64,000 nucleotides of DNA from Escherichia phage vB_EcoM_RZ, in sequence record MW598459, one strand, 5' to 3'. The first letter of the stretch is position 1, and each line of letters opens with the position of its first letter. Positions 29,960 through 39,183 of this stretch are shown piece by piece. Position numbers and translations under genes: made by a program. The notes beneath the pieces were generated by a model. It was not told the origin of the DNA and ran no database searches. It was given only the letters and a program-made list of their open reading frames with translations.

Positions 29960-30423
29960 AATGCATCTCTCAATTGGTTAAGTATGTCAATAAATTCTTG
30001 TTCAGTCAATATTGTATCATGAACAGTAAGGTGGCTCGCCATCGAATGCTTTAAAACTTTGCCTTTTGTAGCTTGTAATGCGTCGCGGAATCCTTTGTTT
30101 TGGAGCGCTGCTTCAAAATATGCATTTGTATACAACTCTTTCCATGCTGCAGAGTATCTTGAAAAGGGAATTCCAAGCCAGAAAAGCGTCCCACGGTCCG
30201 CAGCTCTTGCATAAGCTCTTCCACTTTGCTGGGCGGCCAATCCGGACATCCCAAATATACGTTTTTGTTGTTCATGATTTCTCACCTTGCACCCTTGTAG
30301 GAAACCTTCGAGACCTCCAAACTGGATACCCTCCATAACAAAAGGCCATTTGGCAAAGTTACTTAATGCACATGATGGCCACGGGAAATTGCTTCTTATT
30401 TCTAACTCAGACATCTTTGACAC
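29956..30423 (-). CDS. NADAR/YbiA-like domain protein
   Basis: 155 aa; LSNFAKWPF...G..F...E....Q..K pattern resembles the N-terminal motif of E. coli YbiA (FSNFAAWPI...EHYFQAQKF), plus similar downstream helices. Confidence 0.55.
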   Translation of the reverse strand: MSKMSELEIRSNFPWPSCALSNFAKWPFVMEGIQFGGLEGFLQGCKVRNHEQQKRIFGMSGLAAQQSGRAYARAADRGTLFWLGIPFSRYSAAWKELYTNAYFEAALQNKGFRDALQATKGKVLKHSMASHLTVHDTILTEQEFIDILNQLRDAL

Positions 30424-30619
30424 TGATAATATCTACATCAGCCCAATGACCATAACCAGGTAGACGGTCTTTAATAGATAATCCGCCGTCAGATTTCAGC
30501 ATTTTAATTGTTTTAGTATATGGTTCAATATTTCGGGCCCATGGACTTACGTCAGTCACGCGATAAGTAACTTCAACCATTTCTGTTCCCAAAATTTTCT
30601 GAATCAGTTTCTTAAACAC
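30407..30619 (-). CDS. Hypothetical protein (70 aa)
   Basis: Tightly packed early-region ORF on the coding strand. Confidence 0.45.
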   Translation of the reverse strand: MFKKLIQKILGTEMVEVTYRVTDVSPWARNIEPYTKTIKMLKSDGGLSIKDRLPGYGHWADVDIISVKDV

Positions 30620-30620
30620 A

Positions 30621-30815
30621 TTATCCTCGCTTTAAACATTTGATTACAGACAACTCACCACCCATGCGAACGTCTTCAGTTCCATCAACCCACAAGACTG
30701 CATATGCTTCTTTAATTTGGGTATTGCCTAATTTAAACGCAGGCAGGACCTTTGAAATCATTCCAGGAATACCCACACCTTTTAACTGAACAGTTTGTGA
30801 TAAGAATAATTTCAT
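30621..30815 (-). CDS. Hypothetical protein (64 aa)
   Basis: Tightly packed early-region ORF on the coding strand. Confidence 0.45.
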   Translation of the reverse strand: MKLFLSQTVQLKGVGIPGMISKVLPAFKLGNTQIKEAYAVLWVDGTEDVRMGGELSVIKCLKRG

Positions 30816-31102
30816 TAGAACCTCATCTGGAAACCGTGTGATTTAACATTACCGCCATTAATATCAGATGAATTAATTTCACGTGCTGCAATTGGGGCAA
30901 TATCAATGTCGCGTCTAAGCTTGGTGATTGCCAGAGTATCGCGTCCATTAACAGTCCGGAATTCTAGTGGGCAAACTACATCAACATAGTTCTTAATGGA
31001 ATCACGTGTTGGTTCACACCCAGCAGGAACATTAGGGCCTTTTTTAGAGAAAACAACTTCACAGAAATTTTTACGTGTATCAAAGTAAGTAGTCATAAAC
31101 AT
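30815..31102 (-). CDS. Hypothetical protein (95 aa)
   Basis: ORF with 1 nt stop/start overlap to the downstream gene. Confidence 0.5.
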   Translation of the reverse strand: MFMTTYFDTRKNFCEVVFSKKGPNVPAGCEPTRDSIKNYVDVVCPLEFRTVNGRDTLAITKLRRDIDIAPIAAREINSSDINGGNVKSHGFQMRF

Positions 31103-31140
31103 AGTATTTTACTCAAGGGGGCTTTCGCCCCCATTTAAGA

Positions 31141-31506
31141 TTAGATATCAAATTCATTAAGAACTACATCAAAGATTGCTTCCAGGTGTTCAGGTTTTGC
31201 TTTGTTGCTCAGGATATGACGAATCCAAGTTTTAACCAGAAGCTTGCGATTAACACCATTCCAGCAAGGATGAGTCCCTAAATCACGCTCACGGAAATCA
31301 TCATCTAATGCGATTTTGAATACCGAACCTTCCATCGTGATTGAAAGAGTGATACCATTTTCAAATCGCATATAAACGTAGTTAGGAGTCATATACTGTT
31401 CAATTTCACACACTGAACCGTTTTGATGTTTCCACAAGCAAATAACTTCAGAAGAACCTGGGATGCAGTTAGAAACATATTTGCGTTCAAAGTTGATGTA
31501 GTTCAT
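31141..31506 (-). CDS. Hypothetical protein (121 aa)
   Basis: ORF preceded by the conserved CTGGAGAATAAA-ATG leader. Confidence 0.5.
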   Translation of the reverse strand: MNYINFERKYVSNCIPGSSEVICLWKHQNGSVCEIEQYMTPNYVYMRFENGITLSITMEGSVFKIALDDDFRERDLGTHPCWNGVNRKLLVKTWIRHILSNKAKPEHLEAIFDVVLNEFDI

Positions 31507-31577
31507 TTTATTCTCCAGTTGTTTTCATTTGTTGGTACAGGTCTATAATATCATAACCTGTACCAAAGTAAACTGTT

Positions 31578-31946
31578 TTATGCGACTTTAATCCAATTAT
31601 CTAAATTTAATTCACCCTTAGCTTTCATTTTTTCAATCAGAAGGTCTGCAGTGGTGCGACCATTTTGATACCATGTAACATCTTCAGAATAACCAGTTTC
31701 TTCATCTTCATAGGTCTTACAACGAATCTTACCAATAATCAAAGTTTTCAGTTCGTAGGTATCACCAGTAAAAAAGTTTGTTACCATAATTTTCCAAGAG
31801 AAGTCATCAGAAGGACCTTCTGGAGTCATGCAACCTACAAATTCAAACTGCTCTTTATACAAGTGCCATTGCATCTCTTTAGTTTCGATTGCTTTGTAGC
31901 CGTCGTGGTCTTTACCTTTGATGTATGAGTTAAGATTGATTTTCAT
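31578..31946 (-). CDS. Hypothetical protein (122 aa)
   Basis: ORF preceded by the shared promoter-leader cassette. Confidence 0.5.
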   Translation of the reverse strand: MKINLNSYIKGKDHDGYKAIETKEMQWHLYKEQFEFVGCMTPEGPSDDFSWKIMVTNFFTGDTYELKTLIIGKIRCKTYEDEETGYSEDVTWYQNGRTTADLLIEKMKAKGELNLDNWIKVA

Positions 31947-31987
31947 TTTATGCTCCAGTGTTTTATTGTGTAACTCAGTATGAAATC

Positions 31988-32017
31988 ATTATGCACTGGA
32001 CCAACCCTGTTGTAAAC
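31988..32017 (-). promoter_or_regulatory. Early-type promoter (GTTTACA, 17 nt spacer, CATAAT) with conserved leader
   Basis: Near-identical to the cassettes at 10074-10103 and 48868-48897, including the CATACTGAGTTACACAA leader. Confidence 0.55.
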
Positions 32018-32029
32018 CCCTTTATGGAA

Positions 32030-32057
32030 AATAAAAAAGGGACTCCGAAGAGTCCCT
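32030..32057 (-). terminator. Intrinsic terminator (GGGACTC-CGAA-GAGTCCC plus T-run)
   Basis: 7 bp GC stem with tetraloop followed on the minus strand by TTTTTTATTTT; directly after the 53 aa gene. Confidence 0.7.
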
Positions 32058-32061
32058 GAAC

Positions 32062-32223
32062 TTATGCTTTCGGCTTACCAAAGCAAGCTGCATCGGCGCG
32101 CAATACCGCACGAGCACGAGCCTGAAGTTTATCAGTCACCTGATTGATTCGCTTGTTGGACGCACGCTTGTAACCAGCGCGTTTGGAGGAGCCATCAACA
32201 ACTTTAACTTCTTTCTTAGCCAT
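32062..32223 (-). CDS. Small highly basic protein (53 aa)
   Basis: Below the ORF-track cutoff; hand-translated MAKKEVKVVDGSSKRAGYKRASNKRINQVTDKLQARARAVLRADAACFGKPKA; flanked by a strong terminator. Confidence 0.5.
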   Translation of the reverse strand: MAKKEVKVVDGSSKRAGYKRASNKRINQVTDKLQARARAVLRADAACFGKPKA

Positions 32224-32621
32224 ATTAAATTCTCTTTAAAATAGAATGCAGGACTTATTGGCATTGCCTGCGCAAGCCCTCGAAGGGAACATTAGGTTTC
32301 GGATATTTAACGACAGGATAACCATAAACCTCGTCATCATACCTTATAGCTCTTATCTGTTGCACACCGTTAGCTTAAAGGTTCCGGGTTCGATTTCTCG
32401 AGGATAAGATATATACTGATGGATATATAGGCCTTGAGGCGTACTCCCGATTGGCCATCACCTCGGGGTAGCATGCACTTGCCGCTATAAGAATAACATT
32501 CAAGAGGTACACCGTAAAACTGCCGGGGTCTTAAAACTATAATGATTCGCAAATCATTAATCAGACGGTTCGACGGCTCCTCGATTTTCTAGCCGCACTA
32601 AGGTAGCGAATCACCTACAGC
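32224..32621. other. GC-rich ORF-free island (~400 bp), candidate structured non-coding RNA or decayed insertion
   Basis: No ORF of 60 aa or more with a credible start on either strand; a 100 nt stretch (32431-32530) counts 54% GC against an AT-rich genome; contains local hairpins (TAATGATT-CGCA-AATCATTA at 32539-32558; CCCT-CGA-AGGG near 32277-32287). Confidence 0.4.
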
Positions 32622-32876
32622 TTACTTCAGGGTTACGACAAAATGGCGAACAGCTTTACGGGCAGCAGATGCCAGCGGCTTAGCAAATTTCAGTTCATCT
32701 TTTGCTTCGAGCACTGCGCGAAGGTCGGTTTGAACCGGGTTAAGATGTTTGAAATACTGCAGAATTTCCAGTGCTTCGGCTTCAACATCAATAGATGCGC
32801 CGTAGTTTTCGTGACCGTTATTCCATGCAGTGCGTTGCAGTTCGAGAGCGTGTTGTAATTGTTTGTTTAAAGACAT
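32622..32876 (-). CDS. rIII: Putative rIII lysis-inhibition accessory protein
   Basis: 84 aa from the ATG at 32876 with GAGG ribosome-binding site; position immediately downstream of gene 31 as in T4; the TTG start at 32945 in the ORF track is less likely. Confidence 0.6.
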   Translation of the reverse strand: MSLNKQLQHALELQRTAWNNGHENYGASIDVEAEALEILQYFKHLNPVQTDLRAVLEAKDELKFAKPLASAARKAVRHFVVTLK

Positions 32877-33030
32877 TTTAGAAGCCTCAATATGAAGTGA
32901 ATATTTGGTGGACACGTTCTTCTGAATTTCACTTCCTTTCGGCAAGTCTCTCAGTTGTAGTCCACCGTTTAGGATTGGCTAACCCCATACACCAGCAAAG
33001 CTCTGTATGACATCAACCAATCCATATTAT

Positions 33031-33038
33031 TATTTATA
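33031..33038 (-). promoter_or_regulatory. T4-type late promoter TATAAATA upstream of rIII
   Basis: Exact TATAAATA on the minus strand between gene 31 and rIII. Confidence 0.45.
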
Positions 33039-33047
33039 ACGCTAATT

Positions 33048-33395
33048 TTACTTATAAAGACAAGGAACAGCTTTATAATGACAAGTCACAAATTTCTGCT
33101 TAACTTCTTTAGCCTGCTTAAGTCCCAGTGCAACCAGAGGATGTGGAACGTTTGCAATCTTGCCAACCGGAAGAGGAGTCAAATCACCTACTTCGCAGAA
33201 TCCTTCAGGAACATCCGGACCAACCGAAAATACTTCACACATCTCCGGGATTTCACCCTGATGGAGTTTTCCGATAACGATACCTGATGCCGTAGTTTCT
33301 TCATCACCAGCTTGCTTTGGCTCAGAAACCAAAATAATATATTCACCTACTGCTTTAATTGGTAATTCCATATTTAATCCATGTTGTTTGGTCAT
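33048..33395 (-). CDS. 31: Co-chaperonin gp31 (GroES-like)
   Basis: 115 aa; near-identical to T4 gp31 (LPI.AVGEY.ILVSEP.QAGDEE.T.SG...[20 protein letters not shown]...[30 protein letters not shown]). Confidence 0.92.
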   Translation of the reverse strand: MTKQHGLNMELPIKAVGEYIILVSEPKQAGDEETTASGIVIGKLHQGEIPEMCEVFSVGPDVPEGFCEVGDLTPLPVGKIANVPHPLVALGLKQAKEVKQKFVTCHYKAVPCLYK

Positions 33396-33426
33396 GTATT
33401 AATAATAGCATGCATTGTTTGAAGCA

Positions 33427-33726
33427 TTAAAGGACGAGCAGAGTCTCGGTCTGCAGTCCATTCACGGAAATCAATTTATTGAAACAGAATGAACGCCATT
33501 CATTAAGCTTGGTATCAAATACCCGGATATAGCTAACTGGTTCTTTATTGGCTTCTGGTCCAGGGGCCTGGATTTCTTTATACGGTAGCAGGTCCAGGTC
33601 GCGAGTACAAGTCATACGACGGATGCTACCATCTGCTTTTTCAAACAGAACTTCGTGAAAACCAACAGACAAAATAGTCTTGACTTTTTCACGGAGACGA
33701 ATTGTTTCTTGTTCAGTTAAAATCAT
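33427..33726 (-). CDS. Hypothetical protein (99 aa), 31.1 position
   Basis: ORF between cd and gene 31. Confidence 0.5.
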   Translation of the reverse strand: MILTEQETIRLREKVKTILSVGFHEVLFEKADGSIRRMTCTRDLDLLPYKEIQAPGPEANKEPVSYIRVFDTKLNEWRSFCFNKLISVNGLQTETLLVL

Positions 33727-33728
33727 AA

Positions 33729-33962
33729 TTATTCCAGAATAGTTTTGATAGTGGTTGCATTACGCTCTTTTAGAGCTCTTAATAGGCTATGGCAATTATC
33801 AAGAATAGGCACCGTTTTATATTTCATTTCGGGGCGAACCCACTCGGATTTATAGTACGATTTCCAACGAGAGAAAAAGTATTTTTTATATTCTACTGAA
33901 TAGGCTACCAGGTTTTCACCTTTTGAGTTCAGACCTGAAAACTTAACTAGACGAAATTTCAT
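33729..33962 (-). CDS. Hypothetical protein (77 aa), 31.2 position
   Basis: ORF immediately downstream of cd with overlapping stop/start. Confidence 0.5.
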   Translation of the reverse strand: MKFRLVKFSGLNSKGENLVAYSVEYKKYFFSRWKSYYKSEWVRPEMKYKTVPILDNCHSLLRALKERNATTIKTILE

Positions 33963-34543
33963 TATTCACCACAAAATTCGTTAATGTTTTCCCAGTTCAA
34001 TTTGTCTAGACTACGCTTAGGCACATTGAACACCTCAATTCCCGCGTTCTTCAGGATATCATCCCAACCAGGAATATTCTTATCATACGTTTCACAGTAA
34101 ACCAATTTCTTGATTCCTGATTGAGAAATTGCCTTTGCACAATCAGGACAAGGAGAAAGCGTCACATACATAGTAGCGCCTTCAATTGACGAACCCATTC
34201 TGGCTGCGAACAGAATCGCATTAAGCTCAGCATGAATTTCGTTGTTCTTTGACCATGCAGAATGTTCTTCGCGATGAGCTTTCGCCAATACAAAACGGTC
34301 AACCTGACTGAATCTCACGCATTCTGGCTTATGACCAGGGATGAGAACAGGTTTAGGTTTATTCAGTAACCAACCTTGCTCTTCCGCATGCTCGCAACAG
34401 TTAACCCCACCTGCAGGGGAACCATTATACCCTGTAGAAATAATGCGGCCATTCTTTTCAATAACAGCTCCCACTTTCCAGGAGCAACATTTGGATTCTT
34501 GAGATACAAGGTATGCGATTTGCAGAACAGTAGTTGGTTTCAT
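33962..34543 (-). CDS. cd: dCMP deaminase
   Basis: 193 aa, same length as T4 Cd; zinc-binding deaminase motifs HAE (CEHAEEQ) and PCxxC (SPCPDCAK). Confidence 0.92.
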   Translation of the reverse strand: MKPTTVLQIAYLVSQESKCCSWKVGAVIEKNGRIISTGYNGSPAGGVNCCEHAEEQGWLLNKPKPVLIPGHKPECVRFSQVDRFVLAKAHREEHSAWSKNNEIHAELNAILFAARMGSSIEGATMYVTLSPCPDCAKAISQSGIKKLVYCETYDKNIPGWDDILKNAGIEVFNVPKRSLDKLNWENINEFCGE

Positions 34544-34879
34544 TTACATCACCACGAGATAATTGGTTTTAATAGTTTCAACACGATATAATTCATGTCG
34601 CAATTTAGTAATGCTCTTAACATGTGTTGTAATTATACTATCACCGTCGCTGAAGCGTTTTTTCTTATCGCCAAAAATCACCCCAAACATTCGCTCACCA
34701 ATTTCTACAGGAGCTTCTGTGATAACAACCGCATCATAATTACTTGGGTGAATACTTTTAAACAGAGCATCATTCACAAGCGTTACTTTGATAAATGCAG
34801 CTGTCTCCGGGTCCAACTTACGATGGTCACCCAAATCATTTTTAAGTGCTTCCTGAAAAATATCCATTAAATTCATCAT
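34544..34879 (-). CDS. Hypothetical protein (111 aa)
   Basis: ORF in the cd-pseT interval. Confidence 0.5.
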   Translation of the reverse strand: MMNLMDIFQEALKNDLGDHRKLDPETAAFIKVTLVNDALFKSIHPSNYDAVVITEAPVEIGERMFGVIFGDKKKRFSDGDSIITTHVKSITKLRHELYRVETIKTNYLVVM

Positions 34880-35121
34880 TGAATATACACTCGCTGCGCT
34901 TCAACCAGACCGTCAGAACCCAATTTCAGTTGGGTCAACTGGTCACCACCTTTTAGAGTAATTTTCGGATTAATGACAATCATAAAACTGCGTGCAGATT
35001 CCTGAATAACTTGCAAAGTCGCAGCAGGGAATCGCTGTGATACGCGGTTAATCATCTCTTGAGCAAATGCCTTCACTTTTTCGTGGAACTCTTCAACAGT
35101 AATTGGGGTTTCGCTAAGCAT
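34876..35121 (-). CDS. Hypothetical protein (81 aa)
   Basis: ORF in the cd-pseT interval with ATGA overlap. Confidence 0.5.
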   Translation of the reverse strand: MLSETPITVEEFHEKVKAFAQEMINRVSQRFPAATLQVIQESARSFMIVINPKITLKGGDQLTQLKLGSDGLVEAQRVYIQ

Positions 35122-35663
35122 CAGATTGTCTCCTGTTTTACTTGTTTAACGATAGAAGCTTTTGTGATATCACCTTTGATAATATAACAATCTTCTGCAG
35201 TACCGCGGTTTAACAGGCGCTCTGCTTCGTCTTCCGCATATTCTTTTGACACATGACGAGAGTTAATCTCAATCTTGCCATTTTTAACCACAAGCAATTT
35301 CCAAACTGATGCAAGTTTTACTGGCACAGGTTCAACTTCTGGCTTAACACCAACTTCTGCCTGGATGAAATAATCAAATTCATCAGACAATGGACCAGCA
35401 GAAACAAACATTGCCCCATGATGCCTGTTCTGTGTGCCAGATATTTTTGGCAAATCCACAAAATCATTTTCATCAATCAAACGAATCTCACAAACTTTTT
35501 TACCGCCGCTGATGTCATCGGATAAAATCTTAACTTCAAACGGAGTCATACCGATGTATCCAGCAATTTGGTAATTGGCTGCCCAGCCTCCGGCAATAAA
35601 CTGTTTTTTGGCATTTTCAGATACAAATTTGTAAAACTTACCTTCTTCAAAGAAATCGCTCAT
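35121..35663 (-). CDS. Hypothetical protein (180 aa), member of a three-gene paralogue family
   Basis: N-terminus EGKFYKFVSENAKKQFIAGGW resembles the genes at 49160-49528 and 49878-50240; GAGGA ribosome-binding site. Confidence 0.55.
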   Translation of the reverse strand: MSDFFEEGKFYKFVSENAKKQFIAGGWAANYQIAGYIGMTPFEVKILSDDISGGKKVCEIRLIDENDFVDLPKISGTQNRHHGAMFVSAGPLSDEFDYFIQAEVGVKPEVEPVPVKLASVWKLLVVKNGKIEINSRHVSKEYAEDEAERLLNRGTAEDCYIIKGDITKASIVKQVKQETI

Positions 35664-35692
35664 TTTGTTTTCCTCATGTGTTGATGAAATTC

Positions 35693-35721
35693 ATTATACA
35701 CCATCCATGGTGAAAGTAAAC
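35693..35721 (-). promoter_or_regulatory. Early-type promoter (GTTTAC, 17 nt spacer, TATAAT)
   Basis: Minus strand reads GTTTACtttcaccatggatggtgTATAAT, followed by the CATGAGGAAAACAAA-ATG leader. Confidence 0.6.
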
Positions 35722-35723
35722 AC

Positions 35724-36002
35724 TTAAATTGCTTCGACAACTACCGTTTGTTTCTGGAAGTCCATTTTGCATGAAATAGCCAAAATATGGTTATCAATTT
35801 TAAATGGAACAATTGCAAATGCTGCACCAGGCGTGAGTTGAACAGTGATTGCATCAACTGCATCCGGGAACATGATTTCCAGAATAGCAGACAAACGACC
35901 GTGCACTTTTAGTTCAGTCGACACGTCGACGCTTTCGTATAGATAATCAGATACAATCTGACTAAAAAGTACTTTAACAATTTCAGAATATGTAGGAAAC
36001 AT
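35724..36002 (-). CDS. Hypothetical protein (92 aa)
   Basis: ORF downstream of a MotA-box middle promoter. Confidence 0.5.
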   Translation of the reverse strand: MFPTYSEIVKVLFSQIVSDYLYESVDVSTELKVHGRLSAILEIMFPDAVDAITVQLTPGAAFAIVPFKIDNHILAISCKMDFQKQTVVVEAI

Positions 36003-36048
36003 TTCTTTTCTCGCTTAGTTATTGGGGTATCCAAAGGACCTAGACCCC

Positions 36049-36076
36049 ATTATACCATAAAATTTTTAAAGCGTTA
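36049..36076 (-). promoter_or_regulatory. Middle-type promoter (CGCTTTA box, 12 nt spacer, TATAAT)
   Basis: Minus strand reads cGCTTTAaaaattttatggTATAATgg; one mismatch to the MotA-box core TGCTT. Confidence 0.45.
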
Positions 36077-36289
36077 ATGGACGGTATGCACCTTGACATT
36101 AACGATAAATCGGTCAATGACTTCAGTCAGCGGAACGAATTCAACATAATATTCGCCCTTGTACCGTTCGTTGATGTCATTACGCAGTGCAGCCAGGTTA
36201 TTGATAAGAGCAGGAGACATATTCTGACCTACCAGTTTCTGAAGCTCTTTATAAGCTTCTTCTTCAACTTCATGGTGTTTGTTATACAT
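36074..36289 (-). CDS. Hypothetical protein (71 aa; the alternative upstream ATG at 36358 would give 94 aa)
   Basis: The ATG at 36289 has a GGAAG ribosome-binding site and overlaps the upstream stop by 8 nt; the longer version would overlap the upstream gene by 77 nt. Confidence 0.4.
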   Translation of the reverse strand: MYNKHHEVEEEAYKELQKLVGQNMSPALINNLAALRNDINERYKGEYYVEFVPLTEVIDRFIVNVKVHTVH

Positions 36290-36479
36290 AATGTTCTTCC
36301 AAGAAGGCCAAGAGTTCTGGAGCGGATTTAAAGATACCGCCATCGACCTTGTCTTCATCTTTATAGTCCATTACATCCAGGCCAATACGTCCATCAGTTA
36401 AAGGCCATACGCTGAAAAAGTATTCGTAACGTTTTTCAATCTCTTCGATTGTGCGAAAAATTTTTTCAATGTTATTCAT
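36282..36479 (-). CDS. Hypothetical protein (65 aa)
   Basis: ORF in the pseT upstream cluster. Confidence 0.45.
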   Translation of the reverse strand: MNNIEKIFRTIEEIEKRYEYFFSVWPLTDGRIGLDVMDYKDEDKVDGGIFKSAPELLAFLEEHYV

Positions 36480-36671
36480 AAGTTTTCCATGGTAATTGGA
36501 TTCGAGTTTGTTTTACAGTAAGCTCGACCTCGGGATTCAATTTTTTCAATCGGAGACATTCTTCCCAGGCGTCTGATTCGTTACTGAACGTATAGAAACG
36601 GCCGTCAATAACTACAATCTTTTTCTGATTGGTAATATTAACAATGGCCCAGGTATCGCAATAATAGCCCA

Positions 36672-36672
<1 letters not shown>
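36472..36672 (-). CDS. Hypothetical protein (66 aa)
   Basis: ORF immediately downstream of pseT with 1 nt overlap. Confidence 0.45.
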
Positions 36673-37890
<1,218 letters not shown>

Positions 37891-37894
<4 letters not shown>

Positions 37895-38373
37895 ACACCA
37901 AGCTCCTTATAAAGTTCTTCGCGGCAAGTTTTAAGGATTTTACCAGTTTCATAAGCTGCACTTTCAGAAACATCACCAAGTGCAGCGGCAGATTGCATTT
38001 GACCATGGCGTTTAGCTGCATATTCAAAACTTTTTACTAGCTCACGAATACGTTCTTTTTCATTGTACTCTTCAATGAATTCAGGGTATTCCCAAACTGG
38101 GCGCATCATACGATACCACTGTTGGATGGTAATATAATTACTTCCATCCAGATTAATAATTTGCGAAGGCTTAATAGCGCCCGGAGCATAAAAAGTTACC
38201 TGTCTTACTACATCAATACCGTCCACCATAGCCCAAGCAAAATCGAAAGTTGCCTTCTTTTCAATTGGTGTACTTGCACAGGACCCTAATTTTAAGAGCT
38301 TTTGTAATGCAGGGGATTTAACACCTGAAATGTATTCAGGCTTAGCCACAAAACTGTTATCACGTAATGTCAT
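37891..38373 (-). CDS. Hypothetical protein (160 aa), pseT.1 position
   Basis: Start taken at the ATG at 38373 with strong GAGGA ribosome-binding site; the longer ORF-track version begins with TTG inside the promoter region. Confidence 0.5.
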
Positions 38374-38409
38374 AATATTTTCCTCAAATATTTTATAATC
38401 CGTGGGAGC

Positions 38410-38439
38410 ATTATACTCTGCTCCCATAAGTTTGTACAC
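38410..38439 (-). promoter_or_regulatory. Early-type promoter (GTGTACA, 17 nt spacer, TATAAT) with the -10 in a hairpin loop
   Basis: Minus strand reads GTGTACAaacttatgggagcagagTATAATgctccc; GGGAGCA / TGCTCCC inverted repeat flanks the -10. Confidence 0.5.
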
Positions 38440-38542
38440 TACTTTCCAAAAAGACCTTGGACACATAAAGTGGCCGCAATTCCAAAACAAAAACAGAATG
38501 CACCAAATCTAACAATATCCCAACCAAGGCTACAGGTCTCAA

Positions 38543-38833
38543 TCATTTACAACGTTCCTCTTTTAGTTCAGAACGATAATAACATAACATACCTTTTTGG
38601 TCATGTACATATCTTTTTACATCATTCATCCAAATCCTGAATTCTTGCGATGCTTCAAAAGGCATACCAACCCAGGCTTGACCCTCAATTACCTTAACTT
38701 CCCATTGCTGTTTGTAATCAGCCAATGCAACAGGCCAATTAGGATGAACTTGGATTGTGGGCTCCACAACGGGCTTCTGGGCACATGAAACGAGTCCAAT
38801 AGCCAAACATACTGCCATGATAGATTTCATCAT
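38543..38833 (-). CDS. Outer-membrane spanin (o-spanin lipoprotein), pseT.2 position
   Basis: 96 aa; N-terminal signal peptide with lipobox-like LVSC (MMKSIMAVCLAIGLVSCAQ); lies downstream of an i-spanin-like gene, as for T4 pseT.3/pseT.2. Confidence 0.65.
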   Translation of the reverse strand: MMKSIMAVCLAIGLVSCAQKPVVEPTIQVHPNWPVALADYKQQWEVKVIEGQAWVGMPFEASQEFRIWMNDVKRYVHDQKGMLCYYRSELKEERCK

Positions 38834-39183
38834 TTGGTGAGCTCCTGAAAGTCCTGGGCGAACTTATCAAAAGACTGATTAATCTGTTTTTCAACTAATT
38901 TAGGCTTCGCAGCCACAACCTTAGTACGTTTTGCATCTGCACGAAGTTTATCATTTTCCTTCTGTAGGTGTTCAACATATTCCTGACGCTGTTGGTCAAG
39001 GAGATTAATTTGATTAACCTGGTCTTTTATTGATTGCAGATTTTTCGCATTATCTTCTGCGACTTTGGTGACTTCCGCCACCGCTGTCTTGAGATTATCC
39101 ACTTTTGCTTTTAGATAGAAACCACTACCAGCAGTTACTACCAGGGCGAGCATAAGCCCTGCAGTGAGATTACTTATTTGCAT
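38830..39183 (-). CDS. Inner-membrane spanin (i-spanin), pseT.3 position
   Basis: 117 aa; N-terminal transmembrane helix (LTAGLMLALVVTAGSGFYL) followed by a coiled-coil-like K/E/Q-rich region; ATGA overlap with the o-spanin gene. Confidence 0.65.
   Translation of the reverse strand: MQISNLTAGLMLALVVTAGSGFYLKAKVDNLKTAVAEVTKVAEDNAKNLQSIKDQVNQINLLDQQRQEYVEHLQKENDKLRADAKRTKVVAAKPKLVEKQINQSFDKFAQDFQELTK

Noticed and set aside
31545-31573. Early promoter in the 31507-31577 gap
   Set aside because: A GTTTAC -35 is present but the best minus-strand -10 is TATTAT or ATTATA with 16-17 nt spacing, weaker than the other cassettes; the TGGTACAGG / CCTGTACCA palindrome is real but the promoter assignment is too uncertain to list.
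32380-32400. Possible tRNA gene (GGTTCGATT T-loop-like motif) in the GC-rich island
   Set aside because: No flanking 5 bp T-stem pairs with it and no acceptor stem or D-arm could be built by hand; a second GGTTCGA at 32566 fails the same test. Not supported as a tRNA.
32246-32422. 58 aa plus-strand ORF inside the GC-rich island
   Set aside because: No ribosome-binding site, opposite to local transcription direction, and the translation shows no protein-like features; kept only as part of the island observation.
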